A stretch of 64,000 bases of DNA from Catajapyx aquilonaris (lineage: Eukaryota): assembly GCA_000934665.2 (NCBI GenBank), contig JYFJ02001615.1, positions 1 through 64,000 of the forward strand. The letters run 5' to 3'. The notes under the pieces were generated by a model. The model ran no database searches. It saw only the letters and a list, made by a program, of their open reading frames with translations, and was not told the origin of the DNA. Both the position numbers and the translations under genes were made by a program. Shown in pieces: positions 1-11,120 of this stretch (position 1 is the first letter of the stretch; each line of letters begins with the position of its first letter).

Positions 1-409
1 GGGCATTTCGGTGTACCCTTTCGATTGGCCTCCGCGTTTTTCCCGCCAATTTTGAAGGCACTTTTAAATGTGCCGTAATTTATCCAGTAATGTCATTGTG
101 ATGCAACAGAGTGATGGAATGTATGTTTACGGGCATGGGCTAGCTAGTTATGAACAAAAATCCCAAATCCCAGACCAAGGCTAGTTCCCCATTTTTGAGG
201 AAGGTTTTTCTGGAAATTTTGTTGGGCATTCCACCCACTTTTACATTATTCATGTTTTTATAGGGTAAAGAAAACAAAATATTTTTGTAACATAATATTA
301 TTACCTATTATTTAATTAACCCAGCATTTAATGAGATGGTTGCACTTTCATCAATCAACTAGCTTCATAATTTGTGGCTGAATGTTTGTTAATAATTGTT
401 TTAAAAAAC

Positions 410-475
410 CGTGACCCCCTAGAAAACCCTTTGCGACCCCCAAGGGCGTCGCGATGCACAGGTTGGGAACCAATG
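410..475. mobile_element. Terminal fragment of a hAT/Charlie-like DNA transposon or MITE
   Basis: GCGACCCCCAAGGGCGTCGCGATGCACAGGTTGGGAACCAATG resembles the reverse complement of the common Charlie-type end CAGTGGTTCCCAACCTGTGGGTCGCGACCCC. The partner end was not located and may lie left of the window. Confidence 0.45.
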
Positions 476-576
476 TTCTATGGGGATGGATGTACAATTG
501 CTGAAATATTATGCTCTTTCCAAAAATTCTCAAAAAATAGCTGTGACTTTTTTCATTTATCCCACAAGCAGGTGTT

Positions 577-611
<35 letters not shown>

Positions 612-887
612 TTGTTACCCCGTGCTCGAGCCATTGCGGCTCGTTTTGGGGGGAGGGGGAAGGTTCCCAAGGGGGGGCATCCACGGTTTATAGTCACTCA
701 CGACTCTCTCAGATCACCAGACCTTTTCTCTGGCCCCGGGCAGCTAAGGGAGTGCTATGCTGCCCCGGCGTGTCGGGTGAAAAGCGGCAAAAGACCCGGC
801 CAAGCAGAGGTGACGGGGACGGGATTTGAACCCCGGCCTCCCGCTTGGCTGGTCAGTGGCGTAACCACTACACTACCATGCCTCCCT
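577..887 (-). mobile_element. tRNA-derived SINE (SINE-A) with (TAAA)n tail
   Basis: The minus strand begins GGGAGGCATGGTAGTGTAGTGGTTACG (A box) and contains GGTTCAAATCC (B box). The 3' tail is (TAAA)n at about 577-612. It is flanked by a 14-bp target-site duplication CACAAGCAGGTGTT at 563-576 and 888-901. It is CpG-rich relative to its surroundings. Confidence 0.9.
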
Positions 888-1145
888 CACAAGCAGGTGT
901 TATGTAAAGGACTTGACATAATGTTGTAATTTCTTCATAGGTAGTTTTAAAATTATTCGTATGAATTTTTTAAATGTGTGTATATAGTAGAACCCTGATT
1001 ATCTGATTTCGGAGTATCAGACTCCTTGGCATATCTGACAATCTCCCTTCTATTGAACAGCATCCTACTTCACCACAACTAAATCTTTGTTTTCTCATCA
1101 AACTTTGTACTATACCATGTATGTATTTTTGTTTGGTTTTGCGTA

Positions 1146-1707
1146 CACTGTAAACGCCAAAGCATTATAAGAGCATCACTGGTGAGTCTTTCATGGAACA
1201 TCAATTTTTAATGCTCTTCTAATGCTCTTGTGATGGGGAAGGTGTAGTGGCCGAGATGGTAACGTCTCTGCTTGCTGTGCGGAAGGTCTTGGGTTCGATC
1301 CCCGCCCAGGAGTTTCCTTCCACCTGTGTCAGTGGGTCTCTGGCCCGTGCCTAAGAAGGCGCCTTGGCAACAATTCACTTGCATCTGTGTCCTCTCCCCA
1401 AAAATCCCAATCCTTACTCAATTTCCTTACTTCCCTGCATGGAGAATGAAGAAAAAAAGTATTAAAAAATACTAGAAAACTGATGGTGGTATGCCACCCC
1501 CCTATAACAACTTGTAAACAGTTGTATCACGGGGTAAAATAAATATAAAAACTTAAAAAATAATGCTCATGTGATGCTCCTGTGACGCATTTCTGTTTCT
1601 AAAAAGCATCACAAGAGCATTAGCGGAGCATTAGAAGATCATTAAAAATTGATGTTCCATGAGAGACTCACCAGTGATGCTCTTTTAGTGTTATGCGGTT
1701 TACAGTG
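1146..1707. mobile_element. MITE with CACTG termini and long inverted arms (CMC/EnSpm-like), interrupted by a SINE
   Basis: CACTGTAAAC...AAGAGCATCACTGGTGAGTCTTTCATGGAACATCAATTTTTAATGCTCTTCTAATGCTC at the left is mirrored by GAGCATTAGAAGATCATTAAAAATTGATGTTCCATGAGAGACTCACCAGTGATGCTCTT...GTTTACAGTG at the right (about 80-bp arms). TA lies on both sides (1144-1145, 1708-1709). It carries internal TAATGCTC-like subterminal repeats. Confidence 0.85.
1236..1560 (+). mobile_element. tRNA-derived SINE (SINE-B) with A-rich tail
   Basis: A box GTGGCCGAGATGG and B box GGTTCGATCCC near the 5' end, and an A-rich tail AAAATAAATATAAAACTTAAAAAA. It is flanked by a 16-bp target-site duplication with 1 mismatch, TAATGCTCTTGTGATG (1220-1235) and TAATGCTCATGTGATG (1561-1576). 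Confidence 0.9.
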
Positions 1708-1711
1708 TAGT

Positions 1712-1812
1712 TCATCATCGTCATCTTCTTCTTCATGGCGTTTCCCAAACAGATATGGGGTTGCCAGCGGATATTGAGGAGGAGGACCTCCATATCCTTG
1801 TTATGACCAAAT
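1712..1812 (-). mobile_element. Possible short 3' fragment of an RTE-type LINE/SINE
   Basis: The minus strand reads ...ATATGGAGG...CCGCTGGCAACCCC...GGGAAACGCCATGAAGAAGAAGATGACGATGATGAA. A GGCAACCCC...GGGAA motif followed by a (GAA/GAT)n tail resembles remembered RTE 3' ends. It is short and no TSD was identified. Confidence 0.3.
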
Positions 1813-2479
1813 ACATATACAAGAAAAAAATCTGAAGCCTGGTCAGGTACTCACAGATAATTTAAAAGTGGGTGGTGGGGGGCAGATTGCCGACAGAACA
1901 GGCTATACAGTGTAGTTAAATGTGGTAAATACAGTACAGTAGGCTCTGTATATAAAGCTGCATTTACATGTGAGCGATTTGATCTGATGTCCAGCAATGT
2001 ACATCGCTGAGCAAAATTACCAATCGTGGTAACAATATATTTTTGCTCCGAACAATTGGTCTCATCGCTGATAACATCATTCACATGTAAACGCGGCATC
2101 AAAGATAAATACTTCACTATTTCTTAGAAGACCATAAGATGGTATATCATGCTATTTACATGTTTCATGTTGTATTTCATTAAAGTGATTTTTTTGCTCT
2201 TTGGATTATTATTTGACCTTTTTTGTGGTCCCGTGTGTAACCAATAATAATCGGGGTTCTACTATATTTAAATGGATGCTAAAATAATATAGGCTTCTGC
2301 ATTGTTGCACTGTCTGGGATATTTATTGATGCTCATGTTGCTTTCATGCTGAGTGACTGCAATTTTCTTGTTACACATTGTGTGTTCTCTGTGCACGACT
2401 GGTTTACAGGGTCAGCCAACTGACCTCAGCATTGGAGAGGAAACTTTTTGAATGTTGCTTGGTTGATTAATAATCGACC

Positions 2480-2539
<60 letters not shown>
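2480..2539. repeat. (AAT)n microsatellite, about 20 units
   Basis: Uninterrupted AATAATAAT run. Confidence 0.98.
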
Positions 2540-4305
2540 TTTAAAATGATTCCATGCAAAATAATTACCTCTTGGAGGTTATTCATAAAGGATATCAGGG
2601 TTTTAGCTACTTTAACTTGTTTATGCTTCTCTATTCACTCTTACTGGGCTGGATCTCCTCTGCCCCTTCTTCCCTTGCCTTCCCTTCCTTCTTTCCCTCT
2701 GTCCTTCACTCAGTTCCCCATAAATTTTAAGAACACGACCTAGTTTGCAGGAATTCTCTGTACTGCTCAAACTATGAGTCCGTGTTTGTAATAAGGACCA
2801 CATCAAAGTGTTATTATTAAAATAATAAGACGACGAAATGCACCCCAGGGAATGTGACATATCTTGGCAGAACACAGCAGTGAATGTCATGAATGTTACT
2901 TGAAATATGTACATTACTCCATGCTAAATTTCCAAGTGCTATTTTAAAATTAATTGACCAGTGTTTCTACCATGTATGATCTGTACTTTAAGACATTATC
3001 ATTAACTGGAATTGTTCAGTTTTGACTTTTTAACCATTCATTCAGGGATCTCTTCAATGGTGTGTGTAATTGGTGATATTTTTCCACTCAGAAGTGCTGC
3101 TGGGGAACCAGACTTTCATAAAATGGCCGAAGAGCTGTGGTTTGAGATTTGACAAGGGATTTTTACATGTACAGGCAACAAGTATTGTCATGACATTGCC
3201 ACACATTTCCAAAGAGAAAACTAAAATATGGCTAGTTTTGTATTTAATAAAATTTTGGGTTTCCTAAGAATATTTTTTATTACGACTCTTCCACCCAATG
3301 CGAGATTGCTGAAGTTGTATGTGCCTTTTTTGGCCCTAATTGGGAGAGATGAAAACCAAACATAAACACAACTTACGAAAATTTTATATTCATGTTGTAC
3401 ACTGACAAGGCAGTCCTCAAAGTTATATCAGTTTTTTTTCCAGAAATTTATGTGCATCTTGAATTGTTCAAGCATGTTCTTTTAAAATTCATGAATATGA
3501 AATGTGTGTGCTGAGCTCCCTAACCAATTGGTATTCTTATAATACAGTCATTTAAAAATATGATCAAATTTGAGTGCCCAGATCTCTTGTATCCTAATGC
3601 TCAGGTCCAAATGTGCATATATGTATAATAATATACCATGTGTTGTAGAATATAGCTCAGAACCTATAGAAATGTTGCAAACACTACTGTGTCAGGTTGT
3701 GCTCTTGTCACCTGCCAAATATGAGCTGGTCAGAAGAGCTGAACATGAAACCATCCATGCACATCTAGCCTCTCTCCCTCAGAGCCAACTGGACTTAGTG
3801 CATGCACAATGTTGATACTGATAACAATGTGAGCTAAATTCAGAAACGCAGTATTTGCTGTCAACTCGAAGAATTTGCAATCGAAGGTTGGGCATTGAAA
3901 TGATAAACTAACTGCCTTGACAGATTACAAAGGATGTAGTAGTAAGTTATTGTGCTAATGGCCCTATATTTGCTACAGTCTTGATATAGGTCATTATGGT
4001 ATGAGATTGTGCTGTAAAGGTGTAACAGAAAAGTGCACTAGGAAGCATGACCAGTGATGTAATTTGGCATATGAAAAGGTCATTTTAGAATAGTCGAGCT
4101 GTAATGCAGGCAAATAAACCACATAATATTGAGTTACAAAATGTAACCACTGCAACCCAATAATAATATGGCAGTGAAAATTATTAGAAGGCGTTTTTTG
4201 AAACTGCGTTATGTCTATCATGAGGTATGCCTCGATATTGAAGTGTAAAGCTAACAAAGAAATTCCTTGATTTTAATTCAAAAAACTTCTCTTGATTGTT
4301 TAAAG

Positions 4306-4482
4306 GTGATGGAAACCAGGACGGTGGTGAAGACTGACCCTGTGTCCTCTGCATTGAGTAACTCTGTACCCACATCACTGGGGTCCTCATCTCCTTCTGC
4401 TGCAGTTATGGTGGAGAATTTGGCTGCTAGTACTTCAGCAGGCCAGCTGAAAAACATATGCACTTCTGTAGGCCAAGTGGAG
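4306..4482 (+). CDS. RBM33: Penultimate coding exon of an RBM33-like RNA-binding protein (gene starts left of the window)
   Basis: Acceptor ttgtttaaag| and donor GAG|gtgagt; 177 bp, phase 0/0. Encodes VMETRTVVKTDPVSSALSNSVPTSLGSSSPSAAVMVENLAASTSAGQLKNICTSVGQVE. The VMVENLAASTSAGQLKNICTSVGQVE segment matches the start of an RRM-like fold and resembles the RBM33 C-terminal domain as I remember it (VSVEGLSSSTTDAQLKSLLMSVGPIQ). Confidence 0.8.
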
Positions 4483-4570
4483 GTGAGTTGCATTACTCAG
4501 GATTGATTGCTTACCAATATTTACCATATGATAAGGAAAGGTTTTTAAAAACTGAAACCCTTCACATTAG

Positions 4571-4705
4571 AATGTTATGATGTACCCAAGCCAGCAGAAA
4601 GCAATGGTAAAGTTCACCAACCCGGCCGCAGCTACAGCTTTTATGAAGCGATACCAGCGCAAGATGGTTGACTTGTCCCTCATCACCATCAAGTACGTGC
4701 ACTAG
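4571..4705 (+). CDS. RBM33: Last coding exon of the RBM33-like protein (C-terminal half of the RRM-like domain)
   Basis: Follows an 88-bp GT-AG intron (4483-4570). The 135 bp encode NVMMYPSQQKAMVKFTNPAAATAFMKRYQRKMVDLSLITIKYVH*, colinear with the remembered RBM33 C-terminus (SLQMLPQQRKAIAKFKEPAHALAFQQKFHRHMIDLSHINV). It is absent from the ORF track because it is under 60 aa. Confidence 0.82.
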   Translation, partial: NVMMYPSQQKAMVKFTNPAAATAFMKRYQRKMVDLSLITIKYVH

Positions 4706-7700
4706 GCAACTACTGGACACATCCACATGAACGAAGAGCAACTTTCTGAAGACGCGTCATGTTGCCAAACTTTTGGCAAACAATAGTTTTTTGGTGTGGC
4801 TTTTGAGCGAGATATATTTCCAACACGTTCAACTTGCAGTAATTCTAAAGAAGATTTTTTTTTTTAAATCTTGAGAATTGAACTGAATGGACCTTATTAC
4901 TGTTTATTTTAAAGAAATCATGTGTCTGAAACATTTAAACACAACACAAATTCAATGACTGCTGCACGCAAGGTTACCAATTCTTGGAATTGGTAGGGAC
5001 TCAAGTGTGAGTGCATTTTCAAGGTGTGTCAGAATGTGGATGCAATTCAATATGGTCTCTTAAGGAGTTCCTTTGAGCCAACATGCACTTGGATTTTTCT
5101 CTGTTTAGTTAGGAAAATCACACCGTAATGCAGATGCCAATGCCTGTTGTCACCAATCATTAACAGTAACAAATCTCAGTGTTTCATTTGCAGGCAGAGA
5201 ATCAAGTAGCCTTTTATGTGAAGACACAAACCTTGGAAGTTCTTTGTCATGAGCTGTGGTTTTATATAGAAGACATAGTTTTGATATAGCTTTTATTAAA
5301 TTAGATTACTCTCACAATGTGGCATATTAAAAAGATGAGGATTGTAGAGCACATTAATCATGAATCTGCACAAGTTAGCCACTGCCATATGGTATAAAAA
5401 TTCACATTTTACATGATTTAGATGGATGCATAATTAAGACAAACAAATGTCTTATAGCAATTTTTATATAGTTCATTTTTTATTGATGTCATTTATATGT
5501 TTAGACATTTATGTTGTACATTTACATTTATTTACAATATTTAGGATGGGTTTATTTTAACTCTTTACCCAGTTAGTGCATGTTTCCTGCCATCATTTTA
5601 AAATAAAAATTTCCAGGCTACCAATCTGTATCTAAAATAGTTTACCCCGAAAAATAAGGTTGCTAATTTCTGGTTTAGACCACTGCCTTTAAGTTGCAGT
5701 TCAAAACTATTAATCGGCTTGATATGTCAAGAAATAAGTGTCACAACTTTTCCAGCCAATAATTCATCTGACATTACCTAATGCACTCTTATATCAGGCA
5801 AATTTGCACACATGAGAGGAATACAAGTCGGTGGAGTGGGTTGATCAAAGGGACAGAAATGGAATTGAATGATTAAGTGGATCTTGCTGTTGTTTTTTAA
5901 AAGTACCACTTTCCATGAACAGCATCAAGTTGCATTTGCAGATTTTGAAATACATAATGATCAGGCACAGTGGCTTGATTTTGAGTTATGACGGTATGGG
6001 GTTAGATGATTTAATTAGTTAATAATAATGGTGGTGGTGAAGTGAAGATGAAGTGAAGATGATGATAGTATTCATAATAATAAGATGTTGCCACAACCAA
6101 GGGTCTGGGGGTCGCAGCCTCAAATCGGATTGTTACCACGGGGACTTGCAATGACAGAAACAGATGTTCATATGAAAATATGGCTATAGGTTTTAATGTT
6201 CATAACAATTTCAATGTATGGGGCCAATCTCTCTGAATTATCAGGTTGGGAGAACTTGGTCACTTAGCACAGTGGCAAACTGGCCATAGTGTAGAACTGG
6301 AAAATCACACCATCCTATTGCATTCAGGTTTTAATTTTTAAAATATGTCCATTAATGTTTCATAACATAGGAGTGTTTCTGAAGAACTGGATTGTCATAA
6401 CTGATACATTCAAAACTGCAACTGATGCTACAGGCCTTCCACTAGCTTTACAAGCAAAATTTCATCATTGCAAGTGACTCAAGTACACCACCTTAAAGCT
6501 GCACAATCATGGGAATCTTTGGTGAAGGGCGTCTAATTGATTGAGAGAATGATACCCAAGCGTTTCTTGTGCTCCTTGTTTGTCATGAAATTATCCCAGT
6601 CAAAAGGGGTTGAAGCATAATTATTGTGCATTTGAAGAATTAAAAACATGCATTCTTATAGTTATGAGCTGCAACACTGGGCATGGGCTATATTGAGGCA
6701 AGAAATGTAACTGGGGTTACTATGCACAGCAGGTGGTACAAGATAAACTTCCCATCATGAAGTTAATTTTAAGAACAAATTATGTTAAATTAATCAACCA
6801 AGACTATGCAAAATTGTGCCATTGATTTCAAGAAGTTTATGACCTTTCACGGGACTTGTTTTCTGGATTGTTAGACACATAAAACTGTTCATGCATTGAT
6901 AGGGGTCTTGGGTTTCACTTGTCAAAGTCACTTCCCCACTCTTTTCACTTTCTTTCCTGATTCATCTTTGCTAAAAATATAGCCCATTAACTGTACAGGA
7001 TCATCTCAAAGCTGGTCATATTATCAGTGCAACCATAAGTGCTGTAGTTTTATATGTGATATCCCCTGCTTTTCATTTATAATCCAAAGTTACTGATCCT
7101 ACAATTTTGGCAGCTTCACATGAATCACCTGTTTTATGCAAAACCATGTGGCTTTTTTCAAGAGAATGCAGTTGTTATTGTTGTTTTGCTGGCTCATATA
7201 ACAAAACCGTGACTTGAGCCAGTCAATCAATTAATCCTACCAATCATGACATTTTCCCTGTGAAGGGCTGCATAGTCGTGAACTAAGTAGGTAATGCAAG
7301 TGAACTCACCCACCAAAAAATTCATGCCTCATACTTAGAACCATATATCTTTTACTACGGTACAGAGGCCCAGAGTTAGTAGTTGGAGTTAGGAGTATGC
7401 CTGCACACTGAAGAAGGCATAAGCTGGAATACCTTTAGGCCAGTTTTCTTCTTCACTGTGCAAGCGTACTCCTAACTCCAACTACTAATTCTGAGTTTAT
7501 GGACACATACTGTAGGATCATCATGATATTAGTTTTAATTCTCGTTGCCTTTTCTGGAATTACAACTGTCTTAAACGTAATCAATATCTCATTGTTGATT
7601 ATTAATTTCCCATTACTATGCCAAAAAGTTCTTCTAGGGTCATTACTTAGCCTCTTTTGCATACATACCGGTATGCATAATATTAATACATACTCACAGA

Positions 7701-10375
7701 ACCTATAGTGCCACATGTACATAAAGAATATTTGTTTGTCATGAGAAGCTTTTACTTCACGTATTGCTTTCTATGCCAAATTGTGTGGGTCTATAACTCA
7801 AAGAAAGTGGCAACCTTATTAGGGAGACATTTAATAAGGCAATTTACAGATTTTCTCTAGGGTCTAGGGCATACTTTTTTATTCCACATACTTATTTCAT
7901 GTATGAAGCAAATATATGAAGGGCTTGGACATTGAAAGATTGGCTCACAGGACTTCAAAAGTGCATCCACTAATGACATTTGATGAGGGCAACATGTGTA
8001 TTTTGTTTTTATTTCTTTACTTGTAGAAATGGTGTTTATGAAGTACCTTCACAGCACATTACATATACAGTATGTTGCCGTGGATTAGAGTAATAAATTT
8101 TGACTTGGTGAAAAAGAAAAACATGCTATTTTAGTTGTCAGCTGTATTTGATGTGCCTACTTTCTAACATTTCTGTTATGAAAATTTTTTCCTGCACCTA
8201 TGCTGTATGCTGTGCAGTGAAATATGGAAAGTTTCGGCAGAAATTATTATGCATGACATCAGGGAAATGTAGCGAGCACAGCAGTTTTGTTGGAGGCATT
8301 TGTGACAAATGATTTGCTGAGACAGTTACTGTCCAGATATGCAGGCTTATGATAATAATTACTAGTCTCACTCATAATGTACAAATGACAGCAAATTGTA
8401 TTCACATTTAGATACTTTCATGGTGGAATACTCAATAGATCTTATGATATCTTGACAAACTGATTATTTTTGCCTCCAAAAGACATACTGTGCTGCGTTA
8501 AGGACTGATTCAAGAAATGTTTGCTACTTTCACTGTTAGTGTATGGATGACTGTTTCAAGCAGCTGTATTAGATATTGTGCAGTCAAAACTTAATGGCCC
8601 TTGGCATGTTCAATTATTATTTCTACTCTATCATGTGAAATAATTTTACGCAGTGAAACCTGTCTGACAGATCCTGGATAAAGTGGAAATATGCCGATTT
8701 TGACATTTGTGTTCCTTTTGCTGGGTGTTCAGTGTTCCGTTGTTGTGTAATGGAAGCGTATTCAGTATGGTAAATTTTTCGCAGAGCAGAGTGGCTCTGG
8801 TCTAGACAGGTTTTACTGTACTGAAACATATGCACATCATAATGCTTTGTATTAGGTGAGAAAATGTATCCATGATGTACCATTGTGCCGTTAAGTAGTA
8901 CTCACATTGATAGTATTCTATGTACTTATTATGTTTTTCAACAACTTTAGCATTTAATGTGTACTTTTTTTAATGGGGCTACATGATAGACCTCTTGAGT
9001 CATATGAAGCGTTTCGAGATGAAATACTAAACTAAGTAAATTTTTCTTGGTCAGTGTGAAACAAATTGACACAATTGGATATAGTTGGAAATGAATACCT
9101 TTAAAAAAAAAATTGTGGTGGCCTGAATTTTGCAATTGTGGACAACATTGTTGTGAACTAAATGACAAAAAGATAATGGAGCTGTGAGCTGTCATTTTCA
9201 TCAAATTGCAGCTTGCATTAGTAATTATATTTTTATACAGAGGTACTTATTTTGACTTGCAAGCGGCCTTGTTGAAAATCCAATTGGTGACGTGTCGATT
9301 TGCCATGTGAGAGTACAGTTTTGAGTAAGTGAGGTTTGGTTATTTCTCTCATTTTGTAATAGTACCGAATGTTGATGCCTTATTATGGAGACATGAGATG
9401 CAAACAGTACCAGTGATACTTCTTTTAAGCACTGGTTCATTAGCATGTTCACATTACTGAAGCCAATGGAAGTGTTGTGGGAAATGCATTAGCTATACAT
9501 TTATCTTGGTATTTCTGTAACTTATCCAATCTGCATACTCTCAGTCTTAAATTTTCCACAACATACCAAGGGTGACACACAAGCTGAGTGTCTGTTCGTG
9601 CTGTCTGAAGCGACATTATACGCACATGATAGTGATACAAAATTATGCCAGGTGAAGCAGGTAACGGTTATATTGGTGGTGTGAAATCTTGTGTACCTTT
9701 CAATTATTATTTGCTTGTGTTTGGCTTGATGTTACAAGCAGTTGCGCAAACCTGTTATGCCAGTAACTTTACCTTCTAGACTTTTCAGGTTTTTAGGCAA
9801 TTTGGAATCTGAATGGATCTAGTGATGGATTTATGATCTACAAAGAAATGTAAGTACACTTCATTTTATTTGCATGGCTGTGATAATTCTGTGATATAAC
9901 ATATTTTTCTGCAGCATATTGGCGTGAGAGCAGTGCATCTGTCACTGAGCAGTCTTTTTTTTATTGCTGTCTACACTGTTAATTAGTAGACATTGTTTAT
10001 GAATGTGCCATAATTTTACTTGTTATTGAATTGTTAATATTTGACTAATTTAATGCCTTTTCTATTCTTTTGCAGGTGGTCCAGGGATAGAGAGATTATA
10101 TATATTTATTAAGTTTTGTAGTGTTTATATATGTATAAGTTATTGTCATGTAACCTGCCATTGTTCAACTGATATTAATATGTCATTCATATGAGAACTG
10201 TCCAGCTTGTATAATCCAAAGTGATGACATGTACCTGACTCATAATAATCACTGACATTCTTAAAACTTTTTAATTGTTGTAAATCATATTTATACCACA
10301 CTGTGATGCCGATTTGAATTGATTGTGTGTGTGGACATATTTTGCAATAAAACTGATATTTTTGCAAACATTGTT
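4706..10375 (+). other. Probable long 3' UTR / 3' transcribed region of the RBM33-like gene
   Basis: AT/GT-rich, CpG-depleted, with no credible ORF. AATAAA occurs at about 5602, about 8092 and 10346-10351, the last followed by a GT/T-rich stretch. The true end cannot be determined from sequence. Confidence 0.45.
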
Positions 10376-10579
10376 GTCGTATTTTATACTGCGCTTGTAG
10401 GACCTGCAGGTGGACTGCAAACAGATGAAGATACACATTAATTGTGGGGATTACAATACTGCACTCTGCACATGAGGTTAATAGCTCCGGATTATAAAAT
10501 CTACGTGAAAGTGTTGCTTATCCGAATGTGGGCCATTTGAATGCTGAGGTCTCCTCTGGGGGAGACTGTTTCATGTGAA

Positions 10580-10650
10580 GCATCGGTGGTTCAGTGGTAG
10601 AATGCTCGCCTGCCACGCGGGCGACCCGGGTTCGATTCCCGGCCGATGCA
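10580..10650 (+). tRNA. tRNA-Gly-GCC: tRNA-Gly (anticodon GCC), copy 1
   Basis: 71-nt cloverleaf: acceptor stem GCATCGG/CCGATGC plus discriminator A, D arm, anticodon arm CTCGC-CTGCCAC-GCGGG (GCC at 10612-10614), T arm CCGGG-TTCGATT-CCCGG. Confidence 0.98.
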
Positions 10651-10654
10651 ACCA

Positions 10655-10660
10655 TTTTTT
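10655..10660 (+). terminator. RNA polymerase III terminator (T6) for tRNA-Gly copy 1
   Basis: TTTTTT beginning 5 nt after the tRNA 3' end. Copy 2 has TTTT at 11125-11128. Confidence 0.8.
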
Positions 10661-10788
10661 AAACAAAATTTTAAATTCACATTTTAATGTATTTAAAAAA
10701 AAAACATGCTGAAAGAAGTACTCGACTCATACTTACATATTTATGCCCAGTTGCCATTAGTTATTTCTACTAAAGGGCCAGGACATCT

Positions 10789-10801
10789 CGCTAGATGGCG
10801 T
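10789..10801 (+). promoter_or_regulatory. CTCF-like motif between the two tRNA genes
   Basis: CGCTAGATGGCGT resembles the CTCF core (C..CTAGATGGCGC). Motif match by eye only. Confidence 0.4.
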
Positions 10802-11049
10802 CCAAATGCTGCCATCGTGTGTGCAGAGTCCCCCCCAGCACGCGCGTGCTAATTACTACGGGAAACTTAACGTTTGACCTTGGCCACTTCTATTTTGGAA
10901 GCTGCGGATAAAAGACTATATAGCGGAACTTCTGTGCGCATAATGGGAACCGACCGGGGCTTATCTTGCAATTTTTTTTTTTAGCGAATCTTGAATGTGG
11001 GTCATTTGGATGCTGAGGTGTCCAGTGGGAAGGAGATTTCGCATGTGAA

Positions 11050-11120
11050 GCATCGGTGGTTCAGTGGTAGAATGCTCGCCTGCCACGCGGGCGACCCGGG
11101 TTCGATTCCCGGCCGATGCA
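11050..11120 (+). tRNA. tRNA-Gly-GCC: tRNA-Gly (anticodon GCC), copy 2
   Basis: Identical 71-nt sequence to copy 1, 470 bp downstream. Anticodon at 11082-11084. Confidence 0.98.

Larger units (their letters stand above)
985..2264. mobile_element. Non-autonomous Tc1/mariner (pogo/Tigger-like) TIR element, interrupted by nested insertions
   Basis: Left end TAGTAGAACCCTGATTAT and right end ATAATCGGGGTTCTACTA form an 18-bp inverted repeat with 1 mismatch, each flanked by TA (983-984, 2265-2266). No transposase ORF. The superfamily is inferred from the TA duplication and the TIR sequence. Confidence 0.7.

Noticed and set aside
1236..1310. tRNA-like head sequences here and at about 815-887 as real tRNA genes
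   Set aside because: The cloverleaves are imperfect and continue into SINE bodies with tails and TSDs.
5656..7817. Possible inverted pair TAAGGTTGCTAATTTC / GAAAGTGGCAACCTTA as a hAT-like element
   Set aside because: The match is short with mismatches, and there is no TSD or internal support.
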